DNA from: Gammaproteobacteria bacterium
Lineage (GTDB): Bacteria; Pseudomonadota; Gammaproteobacteria; G965277405
DNA: 64,000 nucleotides
Direction: 5' to 3'
Assembly (NCBI GenBank): GCA_965277405.1
Contig: OZ255726.1
Span: 640,001-704,000, forward strand
A model generated the notes under the pieces. It was given only the letters and a program-made list of their open reading frames with translations. It made no database searches and was not told the origin of the DNA. Positions 20,080 to 29,611 of the stretch are shown piece by piece. Every line of letters starts with the position of its first letter. Within the stretch, counting starts at the first letter, position 1. The position numbers and the translations under genes are program-made.

Positions 20080-20874
20080 ATGAGCAATACAGTGTTAGCG
20101 TTACAAGGAGTCAGCAAGTTTTTTGGTACAGTTATTGCGCTTCAGGATGTTTCGTTTAGTTTGGAAAAAGCCGAAGTGCATTGTTTGCTTGGTGATAATG
20201 GCGCTGGTAAATCTACCCTAATCAAAATCTTGTCTGGCGTACACACACCGAGCACAGGTAAATACATATACGAAGGTAAGGAAATGCAGATGGATTCGCC
20301 ACGGAATGCGCTGAAGATGGGTGTGGCAACGGTGTATCAAGATTTAGCGCTAGTACCACTGATGAGTATTACGCGTAATTTCTTTATGGGACGTGAAATA
20401 TATTCATCTGTCGTCGGAATAAAAGTTTTAGATATGCCGACGATGAATGAAATCACCCATACGCAGCTTAAAAAAATAGGCATCGCCATTCGCTCGCCAG
20501 CACAGGCTGTTGGGACCATGAGCGGTGGCGAACGCCAATCATTAGCCATCGCTAGGGCGGTGTATTTTGGTGCAAAAGTATTGATTTTAGATGAACCAAC
20601 TGCCGCATTAGGTGTCGTGCAAACAGTCAATGTATTGAAGACTGTTCACCAAACAAAACTGGCTGGGGTATCTGTTATCTTTATAACTCATAATGTACGG
20701 CATGCAATGGCGGTTGGCGACCGTTTCACAGTGTTAAACAGAGGCAAAACGCTAGAGGTATGCAAGAGGAGCGGCACACACGTGACATTAGATTATTTAC
20801 AAAACTTGATGGCGGGTGACAAGGATTTGGAAGATATTACAGCAGAGCTTGGGGACACCGTCGCCAATGTATAA
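20080..20874 (+). CDS. Sugar ABC transporter ATP-binding protein
   Basis: Walker A GDNGAGKS, signature MSGGERQ, Walker B LILDEPT. Confidence 0.93.
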   Translation: MSNTVLALQGVSKFFGTVIALQDVSFSLEKAEVHCLLGDNGAGKSTLIKILSGVHTPSTGKYIYEGKEMQMDSPRNALKMGVATVYQDLALVPLMSITRNFFMGREIYSSVVGIKVLDMPTMNEITHTQLKKIGIAIRSPAQAVGTMSGGERQSLAIARAVYFGAKVLILDEPTAALGVVQTVNVLKTVHQTKLAGVSVIFITHNVRHAMAVGDRFTVLNRGKTLEVCKRSGTHVTLDYLQNLMAGDKDLEDITAELGDTVANV

Positions 20875-20904
20875 ATATTTCAGTAGTTAGGCTCCAAAAC
20901 TATA

Positions 20905-22740
20905 ATGCAAAAATTAACCGTAGCGCAGGGCTTAGTAAAGTATCTTTGTCACCAATATATAATTATTGATGGCAAAAAAAAACAACTTTTCCCTGGGATT
21001 TTTGGCATTTTTGGACATGGCAATGTCACCTGTTTAGCGAGTGCGCTGTATCAAGTTAAAGAAGTATTGCCAACATGGCGAGGGCAGAATGAACAGTCGA
21101 TGGCGCATGCGGCAATAGCGTATAGTAAGGCAGTCCTCAGACAGCAAATTATGGTTACTACCTCATCAGTTGGTCCTGGGGCATTGAACATGGTCACAGC
21201 CGCTGGAGTTGCGCATACCAATCACCTACCGCTGCTAATTTTGTCTGGTGACTATTTTGCCAATCGACGCCCAGATCCTGTGCTGCAACAAGTCGAGCAT
21301 CCACATGATCCAACATTGAGTGTGAATGATGCGTTTAAGCCTGTTACTCGCTATTGGGATCGGATAACCCATCCTGAACAAATTTTGCAAAGTCTGCCGC
21401 ATGCCGTGGCAACGCTGGTTGACCCTGGTAGCTGCGGCCCTGCTTTTATCGGTCTTTGTCAAGATATTCAAGGAGTTGCGTATGATTATCCTGAAGAGTT
21501 TTTTGCCGATTGCGTATGGCATATTCCGCGGCCAGAATCTGATAAACAAGAATTAAACAATGCGCTGGCGTTACTCAAATCAGCACAAAAACCTTTGATT
21601 ATTGCCGGCGGTGGGGTGCGCTATTCAAGAGCGAATGCAACGTTGTCGCAGTTTGCACAAAAATATCAAATACCTGTCGTAGAGACGGTCGCTGGTCGAG
21701 CAACATTAATTCATTCTGACCCATCTTTTGCAGGACCGATTGGGGTGACAGGGAGTGATAGTGCGAATTATATGAGCAAAAATGCTGATGTTATTTTGGT
21801 GCTTGGAACCAAGCTGCAAGACTTCACAACAGGCTCGTGGACTAACTTTTCACCTAGCGCCCAATTCATTGCAGTGAATACTCGGCGGTTTGATACAACC
21901 AAGCACCGAGCACTTGCTGTTGTAGCTGATGTTAAAGTAACACTCGAACAGTTTGACGCGCGTTTTACTGATTTTGCTGGATTCGATGCTGGCTGGTATG
22001 CAACGGCAAGAAGCCAATTACAACAATGGGATGGCGCAATCGATACGTATAACGCCCAAACAGGTACTTTAATGCACTATGGGCATATTATCGCCGCGGT
22101 AAATAAACAGTGCCAAGACAATAGCTATGTGCTTACCGCCGCGGGGGGCTTCCCTGGTGAATTGAATAAGATGTGGCGGACTAGCACACCAGATACTGTT
22201 GATTGTGAGTATGGGTTTTCTTGCATGGGGTATGAAATTGCAGGTGGTTGGGGCGCAAAAATGGCTTGTCCGCACAATGATGTGTATGTGCTCGTCGGTG
22301 ATGGCTCGTATATGATGATGAACAGTGATATATATTCATCAGTGCTCACTGGGCATAAACTCATCGTTATCGTTTGTGATAATTTTGGTTTCGCTGTTAT
22401 CAATCGGCTGCAAAACGCTACAGGCGGTGCGTCGTTTAATAATCAAATTGCAGATTGCAAAATAACCGAACCTTTTTCTGTTAATTTTGCGCAACATGCT
22501 GCGTCTATGGGCGCGTATAGCAAAAAAGTTGAGACGCAAGAGCAGTTTATAGCAGCGCTTAAATGGGCGAAAACTACAGATAAAACGACAGTTATTTGTG
22601 TCGAGATTGACCCTTTTACTTGGTCCAAAGGTGGGTGCTGGTGGGATGTTGGCATGCCAGAGGTGAGCGATAGCACCGCAATTCAACAAGCAAGTGTAGA
22701 GCATCAACACGGGAGATTGCAGCAAAGGCGCGGCATCTAA
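20905..22740 (+). CDS. iolD: 3D-(3,5/4)-trihydroxycyclohexane-1,2-dione acylhydrolase
   Basis: GIFGHGNV, GQNEQSMAHAA, RRPDPVLQQVE, EYGFSCMGYEIAG and TPP motif GDGSY. Confidence 0.95.
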   Translation: MQKLTVAQGLVKYLCHQYIIIDGKKKQLFPGIFGIFGHGNVTCLASALYQVKEVLPTWRGQNEQSMAHAAIAYSKAVLRQQIMVTTSSVGPGALNMVTAAGVAHTNHLPLLILSGDYFANRRPDPVLQQVEHPHDPTLSVNDAFKPVTRYWDRITHPEQILQSLPHAVATLVDPGSCGPAFIGLCQDIQGVAYDYPEEFFADCVWHIPRPESDKQELNNALALLKSAQKPLIIAGGGVRYSRANATLSQFAQKYQIPVVETVAGRATLIHSDPSFAGPIGVTGSDSANYMSKNADVILVLGTKLQDFTTGSWTNFSPSAQFIAVNTRRFDTTKHRALAVVADVKVTLEQFDARFTDFAGFDAGWYATARSQLQQWDGAIDTYNAQTGTLMHYGHIIAAVNKQCQDNSYVLTAAGGFPGELNKMWRTSTPDTVDCEYGFSCMGYEIAGGWGAKMACPHNDVYVLVGDGSYMMMNSDIYSSVLTGHKLIVIVCDNFGFAVINRLQNATGGASFNNQIADCKITEPFSVNFAQHAASMGAYSKKVETQEQFIAALKWAKTTDKTTVICVEIDPFTWSKGGCWWDVGMPEVSDSTAIQQASVEHQHGRLQQRRGI

Positions 22741-22768
22741 GGCTATTTTTTACCAACTAATTTTTTCA

Positions 22769-23665
22769 ATGCAACAATTAAACACAAAAATTGGTGTGTC
22801 AGCTATTGCCTGGCTGAACGACGATACACCAGAACTAACAAACCATGTCACCCTTGAGCAGGCGCTTGCTGATATGGAAAAAATCGGGTTTAAAGGAACA
22901 GAAAATGGCACTGCATTTCCAAAAGATGCTGCTGCTTTATCGAGTGTGCTGTGTCGCTATAACCTAGAGCTGGTTTCAGGCTGGTACACCGGCAAATTAG
23001 CAGAGAGAAGTTATCAAGACGAATTGCAGGCAATCAAAGCGCAGCTTAAGTTGTTCAAAGAGCTTGGTGCAGCGGTTATCGTCTATGGTGAAACCAGCAG
23101 AGCCATGAATCTAAGACAGCCATTGCTGCAAAAGCCAACCATTGCTAAAGATGAGTTTCCTGCATACGCGAGGAAAGTAGACGACCTTGCCAAGTATTGT
23201 AATGACTTTGGTGTGCCATTGGCGTTGCATCAACATATGGGGACCTGTATTCAACATATGGATGAATTACACCGATTGATGGATCTGACCACAGAGTTAC
23301 ATATCACTTTTGATACAGGGCATTGTCTGCTGGCAGGTGGTGATCCATTAGAAATATGTCAAATGTATGCGCAGCGCATCAATCACTTACATTTGAAAGA
23401 TGTCCGTAAGCCAATGCTTGATGCTCTTGATGTCGCGCAAGATTCATTTACTGATGTGCTCAGCAAAGGAGTGTTTACAGTTCCAGGGGATGGTTGCATC
23501 GACTATGACCCTATTATTGATACGTTACGACAGCATGGCTACCAAGGCTGGTTTGTTATTGAGGCTGAACAAGACCCGCGCAAGGCTGACCCATATGCAT
23601 TTTCAAAACAAGGCTATGAATATACGCAGCAGCTTGCCTTAAGACATAATTACCAACTCAATTAA
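22769..23665 (+). CDS. iolE: Myo-inosose-2 dehydratase
   Basis: IAWLNDD, HQHMGT, FDTGH, HLKDVR, FTVPGDG and WFVIEAEQDP motifs. Confidence 0.9.
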   Translation: MQQLNTKIGVSAIAWLNDDTPELTNHVTLEQALADMEKIGFKGTENGTAFPKDAAALSSVLCRYNLELVSGWYTGKLAERSYQDELQAIKAQLKLFKELGAAVIVYGETSRAMNLRQPLLQKPTIAKDEFPAYARKVDDLAKYCNDFGVPLALHQHMGTCIQHMDELHRLMDLTTELHITFDTGHCLLAGGDPLEICQMYAQRINHLHLKDVRKPMLDALDVAQDSFTDVLSKGVFTVPGDGCIDYDPIIDTLRQHGYQGWFVIEAEQDPRKADPYAFSKQGYEYTQQLALRHNYQLN

Positions 23666-23676
23666 GCTAACGCAGC

Positions 23677-24705
23677 ATGAAAAAAATTAAACTAGCGATC
23701 AGTGGCTTAGGTCGATTGGGAGCAATGCAGGCTGAAAATTTAGCGTATAGAATACCAGGCTGCAAACTAATTGCGGCGTGTGATCCTGATACAGCAAAAT
23801 TACAATGGGCAAAGGAGCATTTAGGCGTTGATCACACCTATACAAATTTTACAACACTTTGCAAGCAAGAGGATATAGACGGTATTTTCATTGTATCGCC
23901 GACGGCATTGCATGGTGAGCATATTATTGGGGCATTACAGTCTGGTAAGCATGTTTTTTGTGAAAAACCGTTAGCAATGACCATTAGGGAATGTGTTCAG
24001 ATTGAGCAAGAACGCGAAAAATTTAAAAAATGCATCGCTATGATTGGCTTTTCACGCCGCTATGACGCTGCATATATGCGCGCCAAGGCAAAAGTTGATG
24101 CGGGACAAATAGGCAGACCGTTCTTTATTCGCAGTACTTCAAGCGACATGCACGCAACCGCAGCGTTTCAAATTGAGTTTTCCAAAAAAAGCGGAGGTAT
24201 TTTTGTCGATATGGCAATCCACGATGTAGACATGGTGCATTGGATGAGTGGTCAGCAACTCAAGCGGGTATTTGGTGTAGGCGGCGCATATTGCAACCCT
24301 AGTTTTGCAGAATTTAACGATGCCGATAATGCAGCAGTTTTAGGGGAGCAACAAGACGGAACGATGGCGATGATACAAGTCACCAGAGATTCATTTTATG
24401 GCGACTCAACTGATTTAACGATTCAGGGGACAAAAGGAGCATTGCATGTCAACAATCATTCTCGACGCGACCAGCTCGATGAATATATTGACGGGGCAAT
24501 GAAAATTGAATGCACCGATGGTTTTTCACAACGATTTAGGCAGGCATTTATTACGGAAGCTGAATGTTTTGTAGACCACATTCGCTCAAATACCCAACCA
24601 CAGAACACGCTTACAGAGGCAACGTATGCTACAAAAGCAGCGATTGCCTGCCGTCAGGCATTACAAACGAAATCAATTATCGAACTGGACGAAGTAACAG
24701 ATTGA
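23677..24705 (+). CDS. Gfo/Idh/MocA-family oxidoreductase (inositol dehydrogenase-like)
   Basis: GLGRLG, HVFCEKP, GFSRRYD and SGGIFVDMAIHD motifs. Confidence 0.85.
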   Translation: MKKIKLAISGLGRLGAMQAENLAYRIPGCKLIAACDPDTAKLQWAKEHLGVDHTYTNFTTLCKQEDIDGIFIVSPTALHGEHIIGALQSGKHVFCEKPLAMTIRECVQIEQEREKFKKCIAMIGFSRRYDAAYMRAKAKVDAGQIGRPFFIRSTSSDMHATAAFQIEFSKKSGGIFVDMAIHDVDMVHWMSGQQLKRVFGVGGAYCNPSFAEFNDADNAAVLGEQQDGTMAMIQVTRDSFYGDSTDLTIQGTKGALHVNNHSRRDQLDEYIDGAMKIECTDGFSQRFRQAFITEAECFVDHIRSNTQPQNTLTEATYATKAAIACRQALQTKSIIELDEVTD

Positions 24706-24728
24706 TACGCTAACGAGGCAATTGACAC

Positions 24729-25724
24729 ATGATAAACGTAGCCGTTTTTGGCACAGGTAGAATTGGCAAAATTCATATTAATAATATAGCACAACATGCT
24801 GATGTGCGGCTGGTTGGGATTTGTGACCCATACGCTATAGATATCCACGTGATTGCGGATCGCTATCAAACCAAGGTGATGTTAGCAGTAGATATTTTTG
24901 CAGATACCTCAATCGAGATAGTGGTTATTGCCAGCAGCACCAGTACCCACTTTGAGCTGATACAACAATCCTTGTTACACGGCAAACATATTTTTTGTGA
25001 AAAACCAATAGATCTGGCGATTGATAAGGTTCGCAGCATTCAAGCATTAGCGGAGCAAAGCCAAAGTAAATTTGGCTTTGGGTTGAATAGGCGTCACGAT
25101 ACCAACTTTACCCATTTAAAGCAGGCAATCGATGCTGGTGAAATTGGGCAATTAGAAAGTTTGAGCATTATTTCGCGCGATCCTGCGCCACCACCTTTGG
25201 AATATATTAAAAATTCTGGTGGGCTAATTAGAGATATGATGATTCATGATCTAGATATGGCAAACTTTTTGCTAGGTAGCGACACCATTGTCGACGTGTA
25301 TGCCAGAGGCTCAAACTTTGTTGACCCTGCGATTGGCGCAGCAGGAGACATTGACGGCGCTAGCGTTCACTTTACCACCAACAACGGAGTGCTAGGCAAC
25401 ATCATTAATTCCAGAAGGTGCGCATATGGCTATGATCAAAGAATCGAAGCGTTTGGCGCCAAAGGACATTTGCTCGTCCACAATGTACCGCAGAACTTTG
25501 TCGAGAAGGCCACCGCAGATGCTGTGCAACACCCACTACCCCAGTTGTTTTTTTTGCAACGCTATGCAGCAGCATACCAAATTGAATTAGACGCATTTTT
25601 CAACTGGATACAAGGAGGCAAACCGTTTCGAGCCAATCTTATGGATGCTGTGTATGCCTCAGAGTTAGCAGAAATAATCATGACATCACTTGCAAGAAAA
25701 GAAAAAATGCAGGTTGATTTATGA
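24729..25724 (+). CDS. iolG: Inositol 2-dehydrogenase
   Basis: GTGRIG, FCEKP, SRDPAPPP, SGGLIRDMMIHD, YGYDQRIE and FFLQRY motifs. Confidence 0.88.
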   Translation: MINVAVFGTGRIGKIHINNIAQHADVRLVGICDPYAIDIHVIADRYQTKVMLAVDIFADTSIEIVVIASSTSTHFELIQQSLLHGKHIFCEKPIDLAIDKVRSIQALAEQSQSKFGFGLNRRHDTNFTHLKQAIDAGEIGQLESLSIISRDPAPPPLEYIKNSGGLIRDMMIHDLDMANFLLGSDTIVDVYARGSNFVDPAIGAAGDIDGASVHFTTNNGVLGNIINSRRCAYGYDQRIEAFGAKGHLLVHNVPQNFVEKATADAVQHPLPQLFFLQRYAAAYQIELDAFFNWIQGGKPFRANLMDAVYASELAEIIMTSLARKEKMQVDL

Positions 25725-26854
25725 TCAAATACAAGGTTGAGAAACCCTTACACATTGGGGTGATTGGTGCTGGATATATGGGGAAAAGCCATGCCCATGC
25801 GTATAGAAATCTTGCTGGTCATCCGTTACACCCGCGATTATACGCGGTTGCTACAAGCAATATTGCCTCGGCAAAACACGCGGCAGAAGCATATAATTTC
25901 CCGCGCTACACCGATTGTTGGCGGTTACTGTGTGAAGATGAGCAAGTAGATGTCGTCTGTGTTACTAGCCCGAATCAATTTCATCTTGAGCAGGCACAAT
26001 ACGCCCTTGAATGCGGTAAAAAATTATCGCTTGAAAAACCGTTGGTTATTAGCATCGCCGAGCTGGCAGTACTCAATACCACAGCAAAAGCGGCGAACAC
26101 TACGATTAACATTGGGTATAATTATTTGCATAACCCAATGCTGTATTACGCTAAGCAACTCATCCAAACGGGAAAAATAGGAGCATTAGTCAGTTTCCGT
26201 GTTATTCACAGTGAGGATTTTTTAGCCCAGCAAGCGAGTACTTTTAAATCATGGCATATTGACAAAAGCGTCGGCGGTGGTGTTGTCAGAGACATCGGCT
26301 CACACCCATTGTCAATGGTAAATTACTTGATTGGTGATGTTCAGCGTGTTTGCGCAATTGGTAAACGCCAGTTTGCGACAAGAGGTCCTAAGCACACCCC
26401 AGTAACCGTGGAAGACCATATTGATGTGCTTATCGCCATGGATGATAACCTGCAAGGTACGCTAACGGCATCGTGGATAGGTTCTGGTCGGGGGATGAAT
26501 CTGGGCTTCGAAATCTACGGCAGCCAAGGTGCATTATGTTTTAACCAAGAACGCCTCAACGAATTGCAACTGTATGTGGTCGATCAACATAATTTAGCCG
26601 ATAAAGGCGCACTGACATTACGCGCTGGTCAGCATCACCCCGAATTCGATGTGGTTTGTCCAGGCAATGAGCACGGGATAGGGTTCATGGATTTAAAAAT
26701 ATTAGAGGCTAAAAATTATTTAGACAGCATTTTGCAGAACAAACAGCCGATTACCAGTTTGGCAATGGGGTTGAAAGTAGAGCAACAAATTGCAGCTATA
26801 TATCAATCAATTGCGGCAAAAAATTGGATTGACGTGTGTTACGAAATTGCGTAA
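25721..26854 (+). CDS. Gfo/Idh/MocA-family oxidoreductase
   Basis: IGAGYMGKSH, LEKP, GYNY, DIGSH and FNQERLNEL motifs. Confidence 0.85.
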   Translation: MIKYKVEKPLHIGVIGAGYMGKSHAHAYRNLAGHPLHPRLYAVATSNIASAKHAAEAYNFPRYTDCWRLLCEDEQVDVVCVTSPNQFHLEQAQYALECGKKLSLEKPLVISIAELAVLNTTAKAANTTINIGYNYLHNPMLYYAKQLIQTGKIGALVSFRVIHSEDFLAQQASTFKSWHIDKSVGGGVVRDIGSHPLSMVNYLIGDVQRVCAIGKRQFATRGPKHTPVTVEDHIDVLIAMDDNLQGTLTASWIGSGRGMNLGFEIYGSQGALCFNQERLNELQLYVVDQHNLADKGALTLRAGQHHPEFDVVCPGNEHGIGFMDLKILEAKNYLDSILQNKQPITSLAMGLKVEQQIAAIYQSIAAKNWIDVCYEIA

Positions 26855-26869
26855 TAGCAGAGTATCACC

Positions 26870-27709
26870 ATGGAACTTGATAAAGTTAACACAACAATTG
26901 CTGAGATATATTCGAGCCTGAGTCCTGTTAATAAAAAAATTGCAAATTATTTCTTAACCAATCCAGACGAGATTGTTTTTTATAACATCGTCAGTTTGAG
27001 TCAGATTTTACAAATTAGTCCTTCAAGCATTTTCAAGTTTGCCAAACTATTAGGGTTAACCGGCTTTAAGGAATTACAGAATATCTACAGAATGCATCTG
27101 GTTCAAACTTCTGTAGAAGGTGGTTTTTCTGAAAAGCACAGCGCGCTCAAGCAGAGCGTAGCATTGACCACAAAATACGACCTACAGCGAGTTATTGATG
27201 ATATTGTAAAACAAGATTTACTGGCGCTTGAGCAAATGAGAAAGCATATAGACGTTGCTGATGTCGAACGTGCCATCAGTAAAATGCTTGCTGCAGATAC
27301 TATTTATATTGCAGGACAACTGCGTTCCGAATCGATTGCCAACTGGTTGTGCTATACCTTAACAATGCTTGGGAAAAAAAATCGCCTACTCAATGCCAGC
27401 GCAGCTGCTATGCATGGAGCACAAGGAAAATTCATTGGTTGCAATGATGTCCTGATGAGTATTTCGTTCCAGTTTTATTCAGAATTGGTTATTCAAACAA
27501 CCAACACTGCTAGGCAAAACAAATGCAATATTATTGCCATTACAGATGGAGATGCCTCGCCCTTGCAGCCGTTGGCTGACGTGTGTTTTTCATTGCCCTA
27601 TAAAGAGTATTTGTTTTCTAAATCACTGACAGCGGCAATGAGTTTAGCTCTCATTCTGACAACTGGCTTGGCGCAAAAATTTAAAAGTTATGAAAAAACG
27701 AATATCTAA
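26870..27709 (+). CDS. RpiR/MurR-family transcriptional regulator (IolR-like)
   Basis: N-terminal HTH (SPSSIFKFAKLLGLTGFKELQ) plus SIS domain (IAITDG..SPL). Confidence 0.88.
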   Translation: MELDKVNTTIAEIYSSLSPVNKKIANYFLTNPDEIVFYNIVSLSQILQISPSSIFKFAKLLGLTGFKELQNIYRMHLVQTSVEGGFSEKHSALKQSVALTTKYDLQRVIDDIVKQDLLALEQMRKHIDVADVERAISKMLAADTIYIAGQLRSESIANWLCYTLTMLGKKNRLLNASAAAMHGAQGKFIGCNDVLMSISFQFYSELVIQTTNTARQNKCNIIAITDGDASPLQPLADVCFSLPYKEYLFSKSLTAAMSLALILTTGLAQKFKSYEKTNI

Positions 27710-29417
27710 GGAACAGCTGCGCAGTTTTCGCTGGTATGGCAAAGATGATCTGCGCTCGTTTGGACACAGATCACGCAGCAAGCAAATGGGGCTGTGGGAT
27801 GAAGAATATATAGGAAAACCAATCATTGGGATAATCAACCCGTGGAATGAACTCAATACCTGCCATACGCATTTCCCCGATCGAGTTATAGATATTAAAA
27901 GGGGGGTGACTGCCAGTGGAGGGTTCCCCGTTGAAATTCCTGTCATGTCTTTAGGCGAGCAATTGATGAAACCAACGGCGATGTTGTTCCGTAATTTTTT
28001 GGCAATGGAAGTTGAAGAGATTATCCGCGCGTATCCCATCGATGGTGTCGTGCTGCTTGGTGGTTGCGACAAGACAACGCCTGGCGTAATAATGGGTGGC
28101 ATCAGCGTTGGCTTACCGATGCTATATGTGCCTGGAGGAGCAATGCGCAAGGCTGCTTGGCGTGGCGAAGTATTGGGCAGTGGCAGTGATGTTTGGAAGT
28201 ATTGGGAAGAAAAAAGAATTGGCACATTGCCTGCTGCAGATTGGGAAGATTTAGAAAATAGTATTGCCGCGACTCCAGGTACCTGCATGTCTATGGGCAC
28301 CGCCGCGACCATGATGAGCGTTGCCGACGCCCTGGGATTGTGCATTACTGGCGCGTCTTCGATTCCTGCCGTCGATGCCAACCATAGGCGCATGGGGTCA
28401 CAGTCTGGGCGTCTCATTGTGGAAATGGTTTGGCAGGATGTACGACCAACTGATATTATTAGTCGGCAAAGCGTTGAAAATGCTGTCAAAGTCTGCTGCG
28501 CTATTGGCGGCTCTACTAACGCCATCATCCATATTGTTGCAATCGCCAAGCGCGCGAAAATACCATTTTCTCTTGAAGAGTTTGATACGCTTGCAAAAGA
28601 TGTGCCATTACTCGCCAATATTAAGCCAACAGGTAAATATGTAATGGAGGATTTTTATTTTGCAGGTGGGTTAAAGGCGCTGATGTGGCAACTAAGAAGG
28701 CACTTAAATTTGCAGCTACCAACAGTTAATTTTCGCACGCTCCATCAAAACGTGGCTGAGAGTAAAGTGTGGAATGAAACAGTCATTACCAGTGTCGATA
28801 ACCCGCTCTCTCCTGGAGGCTCATTAGTCATCTTGAAAGGCAATATCGCACCAAATGGCTGCGTACTAAAACCGCATGCCATGGAAAAGCGGTTTTTGAA
28901 GCATACTGGCAAAGCGCTAGTGTATGACCACATTAAAACCATGAAAATAGCAATGGAAGATATGGCGCTTGATGTCAGCAAAGATGATGTATTGGTGCTG
29001 CGTAATGCAGGTTCAGTTGGTGCAATGGGGATGCCAGAATGGGGGCAGTTACCGTTACCAAAAAAACTCGTGAAACAAGGTGTTCGCGATATGCTGCGTA
29101 TTTCTGATGCACGGATGAGCGGCACAAGTTATGGCGCGTGTATTTTGCACGTCAGCCCAGAAGCTGCGCTGCATGGGCCGCTGGCGCTGATCCAAAATGG
29201 CGATGAAATTTGTTTAGATGTGGAAAAACGTAGCCTCCACGTTTTAGTCGATGAGGTAACGTTAGCTGCGAGAAGAAAAAAACTACCGCCAATAACAAGC
29301 TATGACTCTGGCTACGCTGCATTATTCAGCAAACACATCCAACAAGCAGATCAAGGCTGTGACTTCGATTTTCTTGCGCATGGCGATAGAACAAGTGATG
29401 AACCGTTTATTGACTAG
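27690..29417 (+). CDS. IlvD/EDD-family sugar-acid dehydratase (L-arabinonate dehydratase-like)
   Basis: LNTCH, GGCDKTTPG, PGTCMSMGTA, GGSTNA, GMPEWG and SDARMSGT motifs. Confidence 0.9.
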   Translation: MKKRISKEQLRSFRWYGKDDLRSFGHRSRSKQMGLWDEEYIGKPIIGIINPWNELNTCHTHFPDRVIDIKRGVTASGGFPVEIPVMSLGEQLMKPTAMLFRNFLAMEVEEIIRAYPIDGVVLLGGCDKTTPGVIMGGISVGLPMLYVPGGAMRKAAWRGEVLGSGSDVWKYWEEKRIGTLPAADWEDLENSIAATPGTCMSMGTAATMMSVADALGLCITGASSIPAVDANHRRMGSQSGRLIVEMVWQDVRPTDIISRQSVENAVKVCCAIGGSTNAIIHIVAIAKRAKIPFSLEEFDTLAKDVPLLANIKPTGKYVMEDFYFAGGLKALMWQLRRHLNLQLPTVNFRTLHQNVAESKVWNETVITSVDNPLSPGGSLVILKGNIAPNGCVLKPHAMEKRFLKHTGKALVYDHIKTMKIAMEDMALDVSKDDVLVLRNAGSVGAMGMPEWGQLPLPKKLVKQGVRDMLRISDARMSGTSYGACILHVSPEAALHGPLALIQNGDEICLDVEKRSLHVLVDEVTLAARRKKLPPITSYDSGYAALFSKHIQQADQGCDFDFLAHGDRTSDEPFID

Positions 29418-29454
29418 CTAAAATCGATACAACAAGAAATTAATGAGCACTTTT

Positions 29455-29502
29455 ACAATACAATACAATTACAAAACAACACAAAACCACACAATACAAC
29501 AA
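29455..29502 (+). repeat. Degenerate CAAHA pentamer tandem repeat (about 9 units)
   Basis: ACAATACAATACAATTACAAAACAACACAAAACCACACAATACAACAA. Confidence 0.5.
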
Positions 29503-29611
29503 GCCGTGTTAAGCAAGACAGGCATCCTGCAAGACGGTAGAATGCACGCAGACTTTAATAGCCACAATCAACCTGTATACCTGTACAGTAGATAATGAAT
29601 TCGGAGGAAAT

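Noticed and set aside
27644-28618. 324-aa ORF on the - strand
   Set aside because: Antisense shadow of the dehydratase gene with no recognisable motifs.
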